DNA of 60,317 nt, filler included, from Hausera hauseri (lineage: Eukaryota): the NCBI GenBank assembly GCA_046269625.1. It is 10 parts of 10 records of this genome, joined end to end, with 100 filler letters (N's around TTAATTAATTAA, not from the genome) between each part and the next. Parts side by side here need not be neighbours in the genome. Positions count along the whole stretch, not along the records: positions 33,226 to 40,119 come from JBJURY010054218.1; positions 40,220 to 44,980 come from JBJURY010446357.1; positions 45,081 to 51,175 come from JBJURY010141538.1; 7 more parts are not named here. One strand, 5' to 3'. This document shows positions 37,870-50,599 of this stretch, piece by piece. The position numbers were made by a program, and so were the translations under genes. Position 1 is the stretch's first letter. The number at the start of each line of letters is the position of its first letter. The notes below the pieces were generated by a model. That model searched no databases. It saw only the letters and a list, made by a program, of their open reading frames with translations, and was not told the DNA's origin.

Positions 37870-39202
37870 CGAGGCGTATCCGTAAAGTAAGTACCGTTTC
37901 GTTCTAATGCCGCTGCAGCGCTGCTGTCGGCGCTCAGTGCATGCGTACTTGTTTCCTCTGTTCATCGGCTACAAACTCGCGCCATTACGGTTGATTTGTC
38001 TTGCGTTGTGCGTTTACGGTGGCCGTTTATAATGTTTAAAAAAATCGATGCTCCCGCCGACTGTGAAATTCGTTCTGTGATCCGGTTTTTGAATGCGAGG
38101 AACGTGAAGCCATCCGAAATCCATCGTCAGATTACGGAGATTTACGGTGAAAGTGCAATGACGGATGGAATGGTTCGGAAGTGGGTAAGACAATTCAAGG
38201 AAGGACGGACAAATGTCCACGACGCAACACGAAGTGGGCGGCCCTCGCTTGTGACGAATGATTTGGTCAACAGAGTGGATGAGAAAATTAAAGCGAACAG
38301 ACGAGTGACAATGACAATGCTTGCAGAGGACTTTTCACAACTTTCGAGAACTGTGTTGCATGAGATCGTAACCAAACGTTTAGGGTATCACAAGCTGTGT
38401 TCCCGCTGGGTACCGAAAATGCTGACGGATGAGCACAAAACAAAGCGACTGGGCAGTGCTCTGACATTCCTTACCCGGTACCATGATGAAGGTGAGGACT
38501 TTTTAAACCACATCGTTACCGGTGATGAAACGTGGATTCGCCATCTTACTCCAGAATCCAAACAACAATCGATGGAGTGGAGACACACAAGTTCCCCCAC
38601 AAGGCACAAATTCAAAACAACGTTTTCGGCGCAAAAAATCATGTGCTCTGTATTCTGGGACACGAAAGGTGTTTTGCTTGTGGAATATTGTCCCAGAGGT
38701 CAAACCATCAATGCGGAACGTTACCGTGTGACTTTGCGGAATCTTAGGCGAGCTATTCAAAACAAACGTAGAGGAATGCTCAGTGACGGAATTGTGTTGC
38801 TGCATGACAATGCTCGGCCCCATACTGCTCGTGACACTGAACGGCTAATTGAACAGTTCGGTTGGGAACAGTTCAATCACCCGCCGTACAGCCCAGACTT
38901 GGCACCGTCTGATTTCCACTTGTTCCAGCACATGAAACGAGAACTTGGAGGTAGGCGCTTTGCTTGTGATGACGACGCAAAAAACGCTGTAAATGTATGG
39001 CTCTCTTCATTGGCGGCAAGTTTCTTTGAGGCAGGTATCAATAAGCTGGTGAGCCGCTACGACAAGTGCCTCAACAATGGTGGAAACTATGTTGAAAAAT
39101 AATGTAAGGTATGATCTTTCATGTAAACAATAAATAATGTTTAAAAATATTTCTTTTATAGGTTTTTTTTCAAAACGGTACTTAGTTTCCGGATACGCCT
39201 CG
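37870..39202 (+). mobile_element. Full-length mariner transposon
   Basis: 30-bp TIRs (CGAGGCGTATCCGTAAAGTAAGTACCGTTT, 2 mismatches) flanked by TA on both sides. Confidence 0.97.
38032..39102 (+). CDS. Intact mariner DD34D transposase (356 aa)
   Basis: HTH region, WVPKML, TGDETW, HDNARPH, YSPDLAPSD with exactly 34 residues between the second and third Asp; no stops. Confidence 0.96.
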   Translation: MFKKIDAPADCEIRSVIRFLNARNVKPSEIHRQITEIYGESAMTDGMVRKWVRQFKEGRTNVHDATRSGRPSLVTNDLVNRVDEKIKANRRVTMTMLAEDFSQLSRTVLHEIVTKRLGYHKLCSRWVPKMLTDEHKTKRLGSALTFLTRYHDEGEDFLNHIVTGDETWIRHLTPESKQQSMEWRHTSSPTRHKFKTTFSAQKIMCSVFWDTKGVLLVEYCPRGQTINAERYRVTLRNLRRAIQNKRRGMLSDGIVLLHDNARPHTARDTERLIEQFGWEQFNHPPYSPDLAPSDFHLFQHMKRELGGRRFACDDDAKNAVNVWLSSLAASFFEAGINKLVSRYDKCLNNGGNYVEK

Positions 39203-39229
39203 TACATGAAAATACCATGAAAAAAAAAA

Positions 39230-39350
39230 TCTATACATATAATAAAAATGGAATCTTGTGTGTGTGTTTGTGGGTGTATATGATCTACCGTCGCGGTCGA
39301 ACTCCTGGGATTATCGAGATGAAATTTTGTAGGCACTTAGTTCATTATTT
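39230..39350 (+). repeat. Possible non-autonomous Helitron 5' end
   Basis: A|TCTATACATATAATAAAA start followed by a GT microsatellite and GAAATTTTG motif typical of arthropod Helitron-derived repeats. Confidence 0.35.
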
Positions 39351-40219
39351 TGCAGCTTTATTTTCATGCACAACCTGCAGTAACATCAATGACACCTTAA
39401 GATAATTCATCTTGGTACAGTTCTATAAATCTACATGCTTAAGCACTTGAGCATTACAGTGTTTTTATCAACATGCAAAATAACTAAAAGCCCTGTCATT
39501 GACTCTACCTTTCGTGTGACAGAAAGACGCTGACACTCGGCGATTTCTCGCAGCAGCTCCTGGCTCTCACTCTCTTTCTCCTCCTGCTTCATTTCTCGCT
39601 CCAGTTTCTGAAACTCCAGGTTGTGATAAAGTTTCTGCTCAGGTTGAGAAAACTGTTACTTTTGTTCTGGTTTAAACAAAAACAGCCTTTTATTGTGTTG
39701 AGAAAATTAGAATATTCTTAGTGTTTAATACAGCTAATCTTAATTTAGGTAAGTTTGTGTTAAAATGTAATCTAAAATAACTATGGGTAGGTATTTTCTG
39801 AACTTATATAAACACTACAGACAAGAGTTGGACCTGCAGGAGAGACTGTTATCAGGGAGGAACCATGCCATAAATTAACTCTGTCCCCAGCAGTGTCTCA
39901 AGCGAGCAGGCAGCAGAGACATGTCAAGTTATCTCCCACAGGGAGAGGAAAAACACTAAAACTTAAGGAAAAACAAACTGACAAAACATAATACTTTTAA
40001 TAATTGCAATTTAATTAGTAGAACACCATTTAGTTAAAATTAACATGATTTGAACTATTCTAGCTTGTAGTCTTATATCAACAGATTGAACTCATGTTAA
40101 ACTGTAACATTAGTTAATCNNNNNNNNNNNNNNNNNNNNNNNNNNNNNNNNNNNNNNNNNNNNTTAATTAATTAANNNNNNNNNNNNNNNNNNNNNNNNN
40201 NNNNNNNNNNNNNNNNNNN

Positions 40220-42160
40220 TATTCCGAATGCCTTTTGCAGGTCCACACCACCTATTATTTCTGGGCGTAATTCCGACACTACCAGAAATTTTACACGTCT
40301 CCTTAGACTCTTGGTTTCTACGTCTGTTGTCAGTGTGCCCAAGCAATTTAAGGCGCTATTGTTCGCTCATAGTAGTGTGGTATCTGATTTCTCTGTGTGT
40401 GTTTGCAAGTTTATCCACGGTCTTCTTGCTTATGACGTTTATTCTAGCTCCTGTGTCTCATAAGCAATCTTCCCATCTGTCTTGTATCTTTAATTTGATT
40501 CATGGTCGTCCATTAAACTTCCTGTATGATTTCTCTTCGACATACAATTCGTCTAGCGTGAAGATCTGCGTATCGTTCCCACTTTTCTCCATTCCGTTGA
40601 AGGATACTTCTTGGAAATTTTCCGTTTTCGTAAATTTGCGTACTTTTCTTGTGTCCTTTTATCCATGCCTATATCTCCGTGTTCCCTTTTTCTTGATCCG
40701 TCTATATTGTTTTATATACTACTACTATTATACGTAACGATATTTTGTGAGATTGAATCTATTGTAGTGCCCCGATTTGCTCCACTTCTATCGAGGCTCT
40801 GCCTTTTGGGGCAACTGACTCATGTTCCGATTTGGTTTTTTCTTCCTCTACGTTTGCGACTTCCTCCCGTCTTCTGTTCAGATTATCCCCATACCTTGTT
40901 TTCACTTTGTGTGTATCCAATCCTGCTTCTCTATTGTAGTGCCTGAATCTATTCTGTTCAGATTATCCCTGTAACTTTTTTTGACGTTATATATATTCCA
41001 TCCTGGTTTTTTCCCCTTCAGTTTGGTGTAGCACTCCTTTTCTGTATGTCCCCTATGGTGACATCTTGCACAGCTAAGATTTATACAATTTCGTCTGATG
41101 TACCCTAGCTGACCACATCCGTAGCATCTTATTGGCTTTCTTTCGAGATAGTGTCTGCTTATGTGTCCTTCTTTTCCGCATCCAAAGCATTTAGTCGGTC
41201 CCTGGTGCAATTTCGGCTCGTATGTCCCTCCTTTTGGTATTTTCAACACTTTAATTTACTATTTTAATTTACTATTTAATATTTTGTGCTGCCACTTCCT
41301 GGTAGCTTCTTATACCGGTCCCCGGATACTCCTTGACCGTGTTGACTTCTGTCTTAATCTTTAATTCGTGTATCTTCCGTATTTTCTCCTTTATGGTTTC
41401 CGCGTCTCATTTGTCACTGAGACATTTCTTTTCTCATCTCTCTATTGTTCCAACATTGGAACAATAATTCCTCTTTAGAGGCTCGCGTGAAAGATCATGT
41501 TTCATGATTTTATCCAGAAGTTTCTCGATTGCCTCGAAGTAAGCCTCTGGTTCCGCTCCATTCATTCTGTACTCGAGCGACTATTTCAGATCTTCGCCCA
41601 GCGTTGAGGATCGGGCGAAAGCCTTCCGTAAGCGGTTTTGTTATCCAGTTATCTTCGCATCTACTGATCGTACCTTTCTTGTTCTTCTTCCTCCAAGAGG
41701 CATTTCCCTCTTCGCCACCGGAGTGTTCATTTATTTAAACAATATTTCACATCCTCTAATGAACTTCTCCACATCATCGTATTTCCTAAATTTGTTGGGC
41801 AACAATTGGTTCGCGAAAATGTCCACTGTGGCGTAAGTCGCCATGTAGGCTGCGGATGCGTCCACACCGTCTACCTCGTCTTCCCGTTTGGGTAGGGTTG
41901 GAAAATCCCCGCCCCCTGGTATGTCCGCTAAAGCAGAATTTGATTGTTTGTTATTATTCATTGCAAAGTAAGACTAGTTGTGAAAATTGTATTGTCTCAA
42001 AATACTCATTTAGAAACAAATTTTCCGACAATTCCAAAATTAAATTATACTTTTAATATTACATTTTTAATTTAAATTCATAGTCGAATTTTAACATTTA
42101 AAAATGTTTTTAATTTAATTTTAGAATTTCAGTTCTCGATTATATCCTCACAGTGCGAAA
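40220..42160 (-). mobile_element. gag: Decayed Gypsy gag-protease with three CCHC zinc knuckles and degenerate PBS
   Basis: CFGCGKEGHISRHY, CYGCGQLGYIRRNC, CARCHHRGHTEKEC; protease DTGARINVI; ATG at 41961; PBS-like TTCGCACTGTGAGGAT after CA. Confidence 0.8.
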
Positions 42161-42907
42161 TGACGTAACATTAGAGGCCAATACTGAATAATCTTAGCTT
42201 TATTTGCAAAAAAATGTTTCATGTTATTAATCAATACAAACGTTTGTACTTGTAGAACCCGTAGAACTTGTAAAACTTCGGCTAACGGTAAGGTGATGTT
42301 CCTTGTGAGTTTGTATTCCAGTGTGTCGTTAATATTATATCAAAGTACGATGAATTCGTCTAATTAACAGTCATGTAGCTAATATAAATTTTAGATTTCC
42401 ACATGAACGACCTTAAACTGATAACCGAATATAAAACAGATATCTTTCAGTTCGATGGAACATCATATAGCACAAAAATTCACATCTTTATGATCAAAAA
42501 AAGGAAGTTTCCTAAATCTCAAAATTCGTTCTCATGTTAGAGAGAAATTGAAGATCAAAATGACGTAATTCTTAGAAACCCATATTACATAATCTTAACT
42601 TTGTTAGCACAAGCTTTTCCATATTAATAAGCAGCATAAAATTTTGTACTTGTACAACCCGTAAAAGTTTGACTAGCTATAAGATAATGAGTTTTGTGAG
42701 TTACTTATGTAAGGGAATCCAATATTGCAAAAATTAATATTACAATCAAGAAATATCTGGTTAAGGGAAAATATTGAAGTATTTAAATTGTGATTTAATA
42801 GTAATGTTATGTGTCCAAACAGCTGCAAAAATTAAAATTAGATAAAACACCGGAAAAAAACATTTATTTAAGCAAAATTCTTTTATATTTCATTTATATT
42901 TTCCACA
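42161..42907 (-). repeat. Putative LTR (TG...CA) containing an internal ~400-bp-period duplication
   Basis: Preceded by purine tract GAAGAGGAATA and followed by a PBS-like motif; AAATGACGTAA...TTGTACTTGTA blocks repeated at ~42158 and ~42558. Confidence 0.5.
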
Positions 42908-44980
42908 TATTCCTCTTCAGAAAGCCTGTCTCCGTATCTGTTTGGTGGTTTTCGTATTTGTGATGTTTTCCTTGCACGTTACCCTCTCCACCGACTTCTC
43001 CTGATTGAGTTAGCTGATTTATGTTAGCTAGCGCCATCGGAAACCGTTTGTTGTCACTGTCCATAATCTAGGATGTGTTCCTTCCATTTGACATTATAAA
43101 TGTCGCTTCGCTGACATCTTTGTCCTTTGAGGGATGGTACAGAACCGTTTCACCTTGCGAAAATTTTAAAACCGCTGGTGTCCTTATCGCTCTACCGAAT
43201 ACCATCTCTGCGAGAGAGGCTCCTCTAGTCGTCGTGGATATTCTGTGATAAAACAGAATTTTTTGCAGAAATTCTTCAAAACTAATTTTCATTGTACTAA
43301 AGCTCTATGCCTTCGCTGCCTGTTTCACAGTCTGTACAGGCAGTTCGCTGCTCCATTAGATCTGGGGTTATATGGGTGGTTTCCATCTTTGACGCTCCTT
43401 GGTTCTGTAGCCATGCGTTGAGTCTTGCAATCACAGATTCCAGACCGTTGTCCGATACCACAATTTGGGGAACTCCAAATCTTGTGAAAACTCCAAGTCT
43501 CATAGACATTTTATAATGATGTCTGTAGAGCTCTCGTTACAGCGAAATGCTTCAATCCAACCTGTTCCTGCGTCCATGATGATTAGCACGTTCCCAGTAT
43601 CTCTTATATATGCCCAATCCATGTGTATTCTTTCGGCCGTGTGTCCGTCTCCTTGTCACACTGAGGTCTGATTTTTTGGCACTTCTTGCAATCTTCTATT
43701 TGCCTGTACACAAATTCCATCATATTTGTCCATTACGCCGCCATTTATAATCTTTGTAACGTTGACTGCATTCCGGAAGGATTATCTCTATGAATCAGAT
43801 TAAATATTTTACTCTCCAGTCTGGCCGGTATCACTAACTTTGTACCATTATACAACAAGCAATTTTCGATGGTTAACTTTCATGCGATCCTCTTGTAGGG
43901 TAATTCCGCCCCAGAACACTTATCCCATTTTCATTGACGAGTTGATTATGCTTTTTAGAATTTTGTCTCTTTGCAATTCCTCTTTCACTTCCTTCTCATC
44001 TAAGACGGAACGTTCAAAGTGGACCGGATCCGCGTAAAATAATGTCATTGTTCTCTCCTCTTTTGAATCCTCATTTACTTTGTTTCGATATTTAAATCGT
44101 GACAATGCATCCATGTGAGATATGGATTTTCCTTGTACGTAATGTATGTCAAAGTCATATGCCATCAATTTGAGACGCCACTTATTAATCTTGATGATAT
44201 ATCCGTAGTAGTTTCTGATACACTTGAAAATAAATGTTCTAGCGGCTTATGATCAGTTGGGACTACGGATTCTTTTCCCAATAAGAATTGTTTAAGGCGT
44301 AAGAGTGACAAAGTAACGGCTAGTGCTTCGCGCTCTATATTCGAATAGTTCCTTTCTGCCTTCGATAATACCTTCGATACGAATATGACTGGATGGTTGT
44401 TTTGTGACATTACTGTCGCAATACAGTCCGCGGATGCATCTGTTGTGATTGTAATCATTTTCTGACGATGGTTTTGTTTCACTAACGGTCTGTTTGATAT
44501 TACCTTTTTTATATTGCTAAATTCCTCGTCGCATTCTTTGGTCCATTTAAAAACTTCCTTGGAATTCCTTAGTTTGTTGATATTTAGCATTTTTGTGAGA
44601 AATTTGGAATCATCCTCCAGAAGTAGTTGACTAAATCCAAGATGCTTTCCCACTTCCTTTCTATTGGCTGGTTCTTTAATATCTGTGACTTTGGATATCA
44701 GGGAATCGTCTGGTTCAATTCATCGATGGAATACTTTAAATCCCAAAATTCTGATTTCTTCCAAATATTCAAAGCATTTCTTTTCATTTATGGTTATGTG
44801 CCTTTCTTTCATTCGCGTTCTAACTGCCGTCAGTCGCTTCTTTAATGACTCATCGTTCTCTGCGAATACTAAGACATCATCTTGGCATATAATTAAACCT
44901 TTCACATCAGCCATTATCGTTTTCATTGTACGTTGGAATATTGCTGCAGCATTTTTCATTCCCATTTGGAGATGATTAAT
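42908..44980 (-). mobile_element. pol: Decayed Gypsy pol (RT-RNase H-integrase)
   Basis: MGMKNAAAIFQR, CQDDVLV, TTDAS, NYSNIEREALA, TDHKPL, FGVPQIVVSDNG, RKPPNRY. Confidence 0.88.
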
Positions 44981-45080
44981 NNNNNNNNNNNNNNNNNNNN
45001 NNNNNNNNNNNNNNNNNNNNNNNNTTAATTAATTAANNNNNNNNNNNNNNNNNNNNNNNNNNNNNNNNNNNNNNNNNNNN

Positions 45081-46340
45081 TGTCCGAAAGCTGCAAATAA
45101 AGGTTTAATTTTGGATGAAGTGAGTTGAGTTGGAAAGGTGAGCGGTAGTAAAGAAATCGCTGCACCTAAGTCGATAAGGAAATCTATATGTTGAGATGTC
45201 GGTGTGATGGTGGAGGCTTTTAATGTGAACACAGCGAAAGAAATTTTTCGGCTATTATAAAGTGAAGAGTGGCCTTCGCCAGTGCTTGCAGAAAATTCTG
45301 GCGGCGAAGTTAGTTTTTTGAAAACGGGGAACCTTAGCGACTGTTAGAAACGAAAGTTGTGTGTTCGTCATCTGCATGGTAGGATTTGTTTTTTAACATG
45401 CAACCTGGAATGCATTTGCGTGCATTATGTCTAAATTTTGCATGATATATGCAAATTATGTTATCAGAGTGTAGATTCGGTGAATAATAGCTACACCCTA
45501 AACAGCATTTATTTTCTTTGTTTTTAAATTTGTTATGGTAATAACATATGAATGACCGCGTTGGTGACGGTGTCCGATTTCTGGAAGGAGAACGTGGTCG
45601 ATGAGGCGCAGAAGCATTTCGTCGGTGTAAGGAAAGGTCATTCAGTTTATCGTTGATGGTGTTGATTGTGTGTTGTAGTGCCTAATTTTCGGCATGTAAT
45701 TGATTTAATTGATGCTCAAGAGAAGTATGTTGTTGACTGTCATCGGTCCTAATAGCGGCTGATATGATGGCTTGTGACTGGATTTGTAAGACTTAGCGTG
45801 CTTTATTTGCCAATTAAGCCAGTGTATCTAAGGCTGTGTATCTAAGGCATTAAGGAAATATCGTCGAAGTAGATCTGGATTATGTTCCTTGGTGACGCCT
45901 AAAGTACGTAAGTGAGCCAACGAGGTACGTAGGAAATCACTAGGTTTTTGTGTCCCCATTGCGTTTTCATTAAAGAAGCGCTGCATTATTGAATCAATTG
46001 ATGGTTCTGTCTGTTTTAACACAGCATCGAACAATTGGGTATAAGGGTCAGAGTGTTGAAAGATGTCCAGTAAGTTGTGGATTGAGGACTTTATGGAATT
46101 TGGTAGAAGGTAAAGTAGATTATGGGCTTTGGATAACGAGTCTGTAATACCGTTGGACTGTAACCAGAGTTGATGGAAGTAGAGCCAGGTTTTGCTAGAC
46201 TTCTCATTTTCTATAAAATATTCAGAGCAATGTGGTGAAGTACTGATAAGAATTTTGTGAGAAGAATTTGTATAGGTTGAAGTAGGTGGATGGCTTGATT
46301 TGGGATAGTAGAGAATGGACTTGGGTTTTGTGGTCACCTT
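45081..46340 (-). mobile_element. gag: Decayed CsRn1/Kabuki-like gag and protease start
   Basis: DPYTQL, MGTQKPSDFLR, CHCC-type knuckle CIYHAKF...ARKCIPGC, FLIDLGAAISLLP. Confidence 0.8.
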
Positions 46341-46546
46341 ATAGGTGGTGTCACTGGTTGGTTGAGAAATCATACCGCCGCGGATTCTAAAATTGATATG
46401 TATATATACATAATTATGTGAGGCCATGATGTATGGGAAGTCAGTTAAAATGTAACCGTTGTGAATCAGATAAAAATCACTGAAGGCGGAGGTATTATGA
46501 ATGATAGCGTATAGTTGTGATGTCTCGATACGTTGTCTGATATGTA

Positions 46547-47450
46547 CTATTTGTTTAGATTATTATTAACATAAAGGTAGAAGGGAAATGACGATGATGT
46601 ACTGTAAACCGAGTAGTGAGCTATATCGATGTGGTCATGCGAAGTTAAGAGTGTTGCTGTTTCTTTTGAAAAATATGTCCGGTCTGTGGACTCACTATGG
46701 TTAATGGACCTATTGTGCTTATAAACAATGCGTACTAAAAATATCCACAATAACTAGAAGGGGACGGATTCTTTCCATAGTCAGAAGCTCTAGTCAGGTA
46801 CTCTCTGTGATCGGAAGAATAAATCGGGCCGACATTGCGATAACGTGCCTTACTTCTACCTCTTCTCATTACTGATTCATCAAATTTCATATATGCTTCG
46901 TTGACGAGTTTTGTAGCTTTGGCAAGACAAGGTACGGGTGATGTGCGATTAACAATCCCACAAAATGACTGGATCATTTCATTAATTTCTATGTGGCCAT
47001 CATCGAATTCAAGAATTCCTACGAGTGTAAAATACTTCAGAACGTAAAAGCGTAGTTTACCAATTTTACCCAATGAAGACAATTTAAATTTCGATGTAGA
47101 CTGAGTAACTTTATTAACAGTTACAAGATATCACGAAAGACTATGTTGTGAACAAGGGCTAAAGTGAAACCGCTGTGGAAAAGAATAGAGGAAATTTATG
47201 ATCTGAGAAACAAAGGAAAGAAGAAGTGTTTGCTGAAATGATCTAGAATTCTAAGGGCGGCAGAAGTCATGCCAGAATAATAGCAAGATGTGTCACCAAA
47301 AAACGCCTTCGCTAGATAACAGTTGTATTTCACAAATCCAAGACGACCGAAAACGGATGGAATCATAAAAACAAACAGAAAAGGTAATACTGCCAAAACG
47401 GCCCGGTAATAAATTCAGTAAAATTGAAGCAGCGAATAGAAACTACAATA
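46547..47450 (-). pseudogene. Unknown decayed ORF(s) downstream of the TUTase, with a hydrophobic N-terminal segment
   Basis: Closely packed co-oriented ORFs 47196-47396, 46735-47082 and 46547-46750. Confidence 0.3.
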
Positions 47451-47452
47451 CC

Positions 47453-50437
47453 CTAACTTTGGCCAGCCTCAATTCTCTTTACCCCGGCGTAAATATTGGT
47501 GACCGGTGTCGAATTCTGTTTCTGCCGTCGATTATTATTCGGTATCACCATTGGCGACTCGTACGCCTGAATGAAATTCACAACCATTTGGTCCGCGGGA
47601 AATCCGTAAAGATAATCCGTCGGACCGTTCTTGAACAAGTGATCGAGTTTCGCGGCAATTTTGTCGCCCTTGGTAACGCACATGGGAATAATGACCGTCT
47701 AGTCACCGAATGCCATACAAATGGGCATGATAAACAAGTCGTTGACGTTGGCATTGAACGACTTCATGTTGAGATATCCGTCATTGACTTTCAATGACAG
47801 ATCGACATTCGGTTCAGGATGAAGATAGACGGTGTTCGGTATTACGGATGGTTTGTAATGGAGTGGCCGAGATAACGATGCGAGACACTGTGACAGTTGT
47901 CTGGCGTTAATCGGTGTGCGTTTTTCTCCACAGTCCCGCGCAACATGGCCGGGTTTGTTACATTGGTAACATGTGAGATTGGAATTTATGTTGACGGATA
48001 GACGTAATGTGATTGATTCCAGCAACAGGTAGTGTGCGTTATCAGGTCGTTGTAAATTATCAGAATTACTATGTAACCGCAAAATGTGAGCGAAACAATG
48101 GAGAATATATTGACATCTGTCTGAATGGAGACTACCACCTAGATTATGTGACAAATCAAGGGATCCTCAATGGCCATGTATGCCGACTGCCGGCCTTTGT
48201 TTATTTTGTACAGAGGTTCAGTTTGTCGTATAGTGATGACCTGCTTATCAAACGGGAACTCAGTGGTGTAGTAGTGAAAGAAATTCATCCACAAATAACC
48301 AAGTGTGGGCAAATTAATCGGATTGGATTTCCAGAATTCATAAATCAAATTCACTTTTGATTGATATCAAGCATCCCATCCGTCGACCTGATTTGACGGA
48401 CGTTCTTTTCCATGAAATAATTCTTGGAGAACTGGGAGAATGCCGAGATTTTGTAAGAATTGGATCAGTATCAAAACGTATGCGTAAGACGACAACGTGA
48501 CATGTGATGCATCGCCGATATCGCAACACTTTAAAATGTACATGATCAGATTGCCAAGGGGTCTCGTACATGACCTCAGATCGGCGTATAACTTGAGCAT
48601 CTTCGTATTTTGCAGTGCCAAACTATTGTTAATACTGATATCCCCTTGGATAATATCCTTCAGATAGAACTTAATAATCGGCACTTTTGCAGGGACAATG
48701 TACACCAGATCAATGCCGTTTAATTTCTCCCGCAACTCTAGACAAATGTTCTGCAGTCGTGTCGTTATTTCCTTGGTCGACGTTTTTTCTAGACGTTTGC
48801 CATCGCCGTAAAATTCCAGACAGATGTCCAGATCACTATCACGATTCATAAACCCATTGTTGGCTGATCTGGACAGTTTCGGTTCGGCATTGCTGTACAG
48901 TTCACAGATGGTCTTATAGATGGTCATAAAGGTGTTATCGTTGATATTTTGACTGTTTTCGTCGGGTAAAATGCTCTCATATTTTCCGATCAATAACAAC
49001 ATAAGTTTGTCCAACCAGACGCCATTAACATTTTTTAGAACGTCCCGTAAGTCATCAAACCGTGGAATGGCATTATTGCATTTTTCTCTCCTATGTACTT
49101 CCGTATTATAGATGGCATATGTAACGTCCAATATATACTTGTAAATGTGCATCTCATTGAAATCCTAAATCATGTCTTCTTTCTGGATACCGTTTACTAT
49201 TTGTTCATTACATGCATTGGGCCCTGCTCGATTTTATAACCCCTTTAACATGAACTCTGTCTTTAAACACAATGGGTAATTTTCATGCATCGCGGTCCAC
49301 ATCACCGGATTTCATCTCAATCAGGCCGTTAGTAACATTGATTGAATCGACTTCACAACCAAGCGATTCGGCCATTTCTATATTCCTGTCACTGACAGTC
49401 GTTTTATTCAAATCTACGTCGTCAATATCAAACAAATATAATGGTATTTCTTCTTCATTGTGTATTTCCGGTTCAGACTCGTTACTTTCTTCGATAAAAT
49501 CATCATCGAATGATTTGTTTATAAACGACTGAACCGACCTTTTGATCAAGTCAAAAGCATCTTTCGTATTGATTTCCGATTGAGTCTAGAGTGAATTTGA
49601 TTCGAGATATTCGGAAAAATCTTCAAAGATAATTTTGGCAATTTCCAACGCATGAACACAAAACACGACAAAGTTGGTAATGAAAAAAACGCCAAATTCT
49701 TTATCTTCAAATTCAACAACCAGAAAAAACTATTGATGCCCCGTTTGTCGTTGAAAATCGTGATGAGAATTTTTGACAAACACTATTGGACAAACATGGC
49801 AACCGGCCACTTGCGAACGTCGTAAAACGATTTCTCCTCTGTGTAGAGTTTTTTCAATTCCCATTCCACCAATCTCATACAATCGGTTTCAGAAAACAAA
49901 TTGCTATCGTTAAAAATTGCCTGTGCTTCTTGTTGCGACTGCTTAAAATTAGAAGAATATTGGCGAAAATATGCGTATGCTTATTTAGCAAACTTTTCCG
50001 AACATCACTTATAGATTTCAAATCAGCAAACAAATCGCGACGCAAAAAACAACCGCATGATGTTTCGAAGAAAAAAACGGACTCACCAGTGAAAGTCTAT
50101 ATTTCGATGTGCGACGAATCCAATTGTTTGTTTCAAACTGACGCCAATTGTTGTTAGTCCCTAGTATATCAGCATTCGTTACTATCTCCTTTAAGTAAAT
50201 AACAAGGATAAAATGATCAAAATTTATAACCGCCCTTTGCTGGTGCATGGAAATACTGTCTGCTAAATTCCGATGCACCAACAACGTCCCGAAATTATTT
50301 TGTAAAATTAATTTTGTCCAATTTGTTACAACCGGTAACGTATGATTCTTTTCTTTCCTTCCCGAGAAATTTGTAAAAGTAAAACTCTCTTCAAACAGCA
50401 AAATTTTATTTTTAACTTTCAAAAAAACTTTTTTCAT
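47453..50437 (-). pseudogene. Long intronless decayed ORF containing a TUT4/7 (Cid1-family)-like terminal uridylyltransferase module and a CCHC knuckle
   Basis: S.NNGF...SDLDICL, AKVPIIKF, GDISINN.LALQNT.ML..YA, DIGDAS...LSSYAY....IQFLQ, LW..FF.YYT.EF, AIEDP..LSHNLG, CYQCNKPGHVARDC (47930-47971); fragments join through stops and frameshifts with no introns. Confidence 0.85.
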
Positions 50438-50599
50438 TTCATTTAGTTATCGCGTGTTTTAAACAAAAAACAACTATATCACATTTTAACTATATCACAT
50501 TATGAATATTGTAATATCTAAAAGGTATTTAATCCAATTCTTCTCCACGAAAATAGGCACTACAATAGTGAAAACCTTAGTTTTTCCTTTTTACGAAAA

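Noticed and set aside
47620-47700. dUTPase-like motif (KGDKIA) C-terminal to the TUTase knuckle
   Set aside because: A single short motif; the other dUTPase motifs are absent.
49780-49850. BIR-domain-like start (RFTTFA.WP) upstream of the TUTase
   Set aside because: Needs a frameshift, and the downstream GF/C/C/H/C zinc ligands are not recognisable.
50438-50447. TAAATG poxvirus-type late promoter upstream of the TUTase frame
   Set aside because: A hexamer expected by chance in AT-rich DNA; its ATG is out of frame with the ORF and no other poxviral features are seen.
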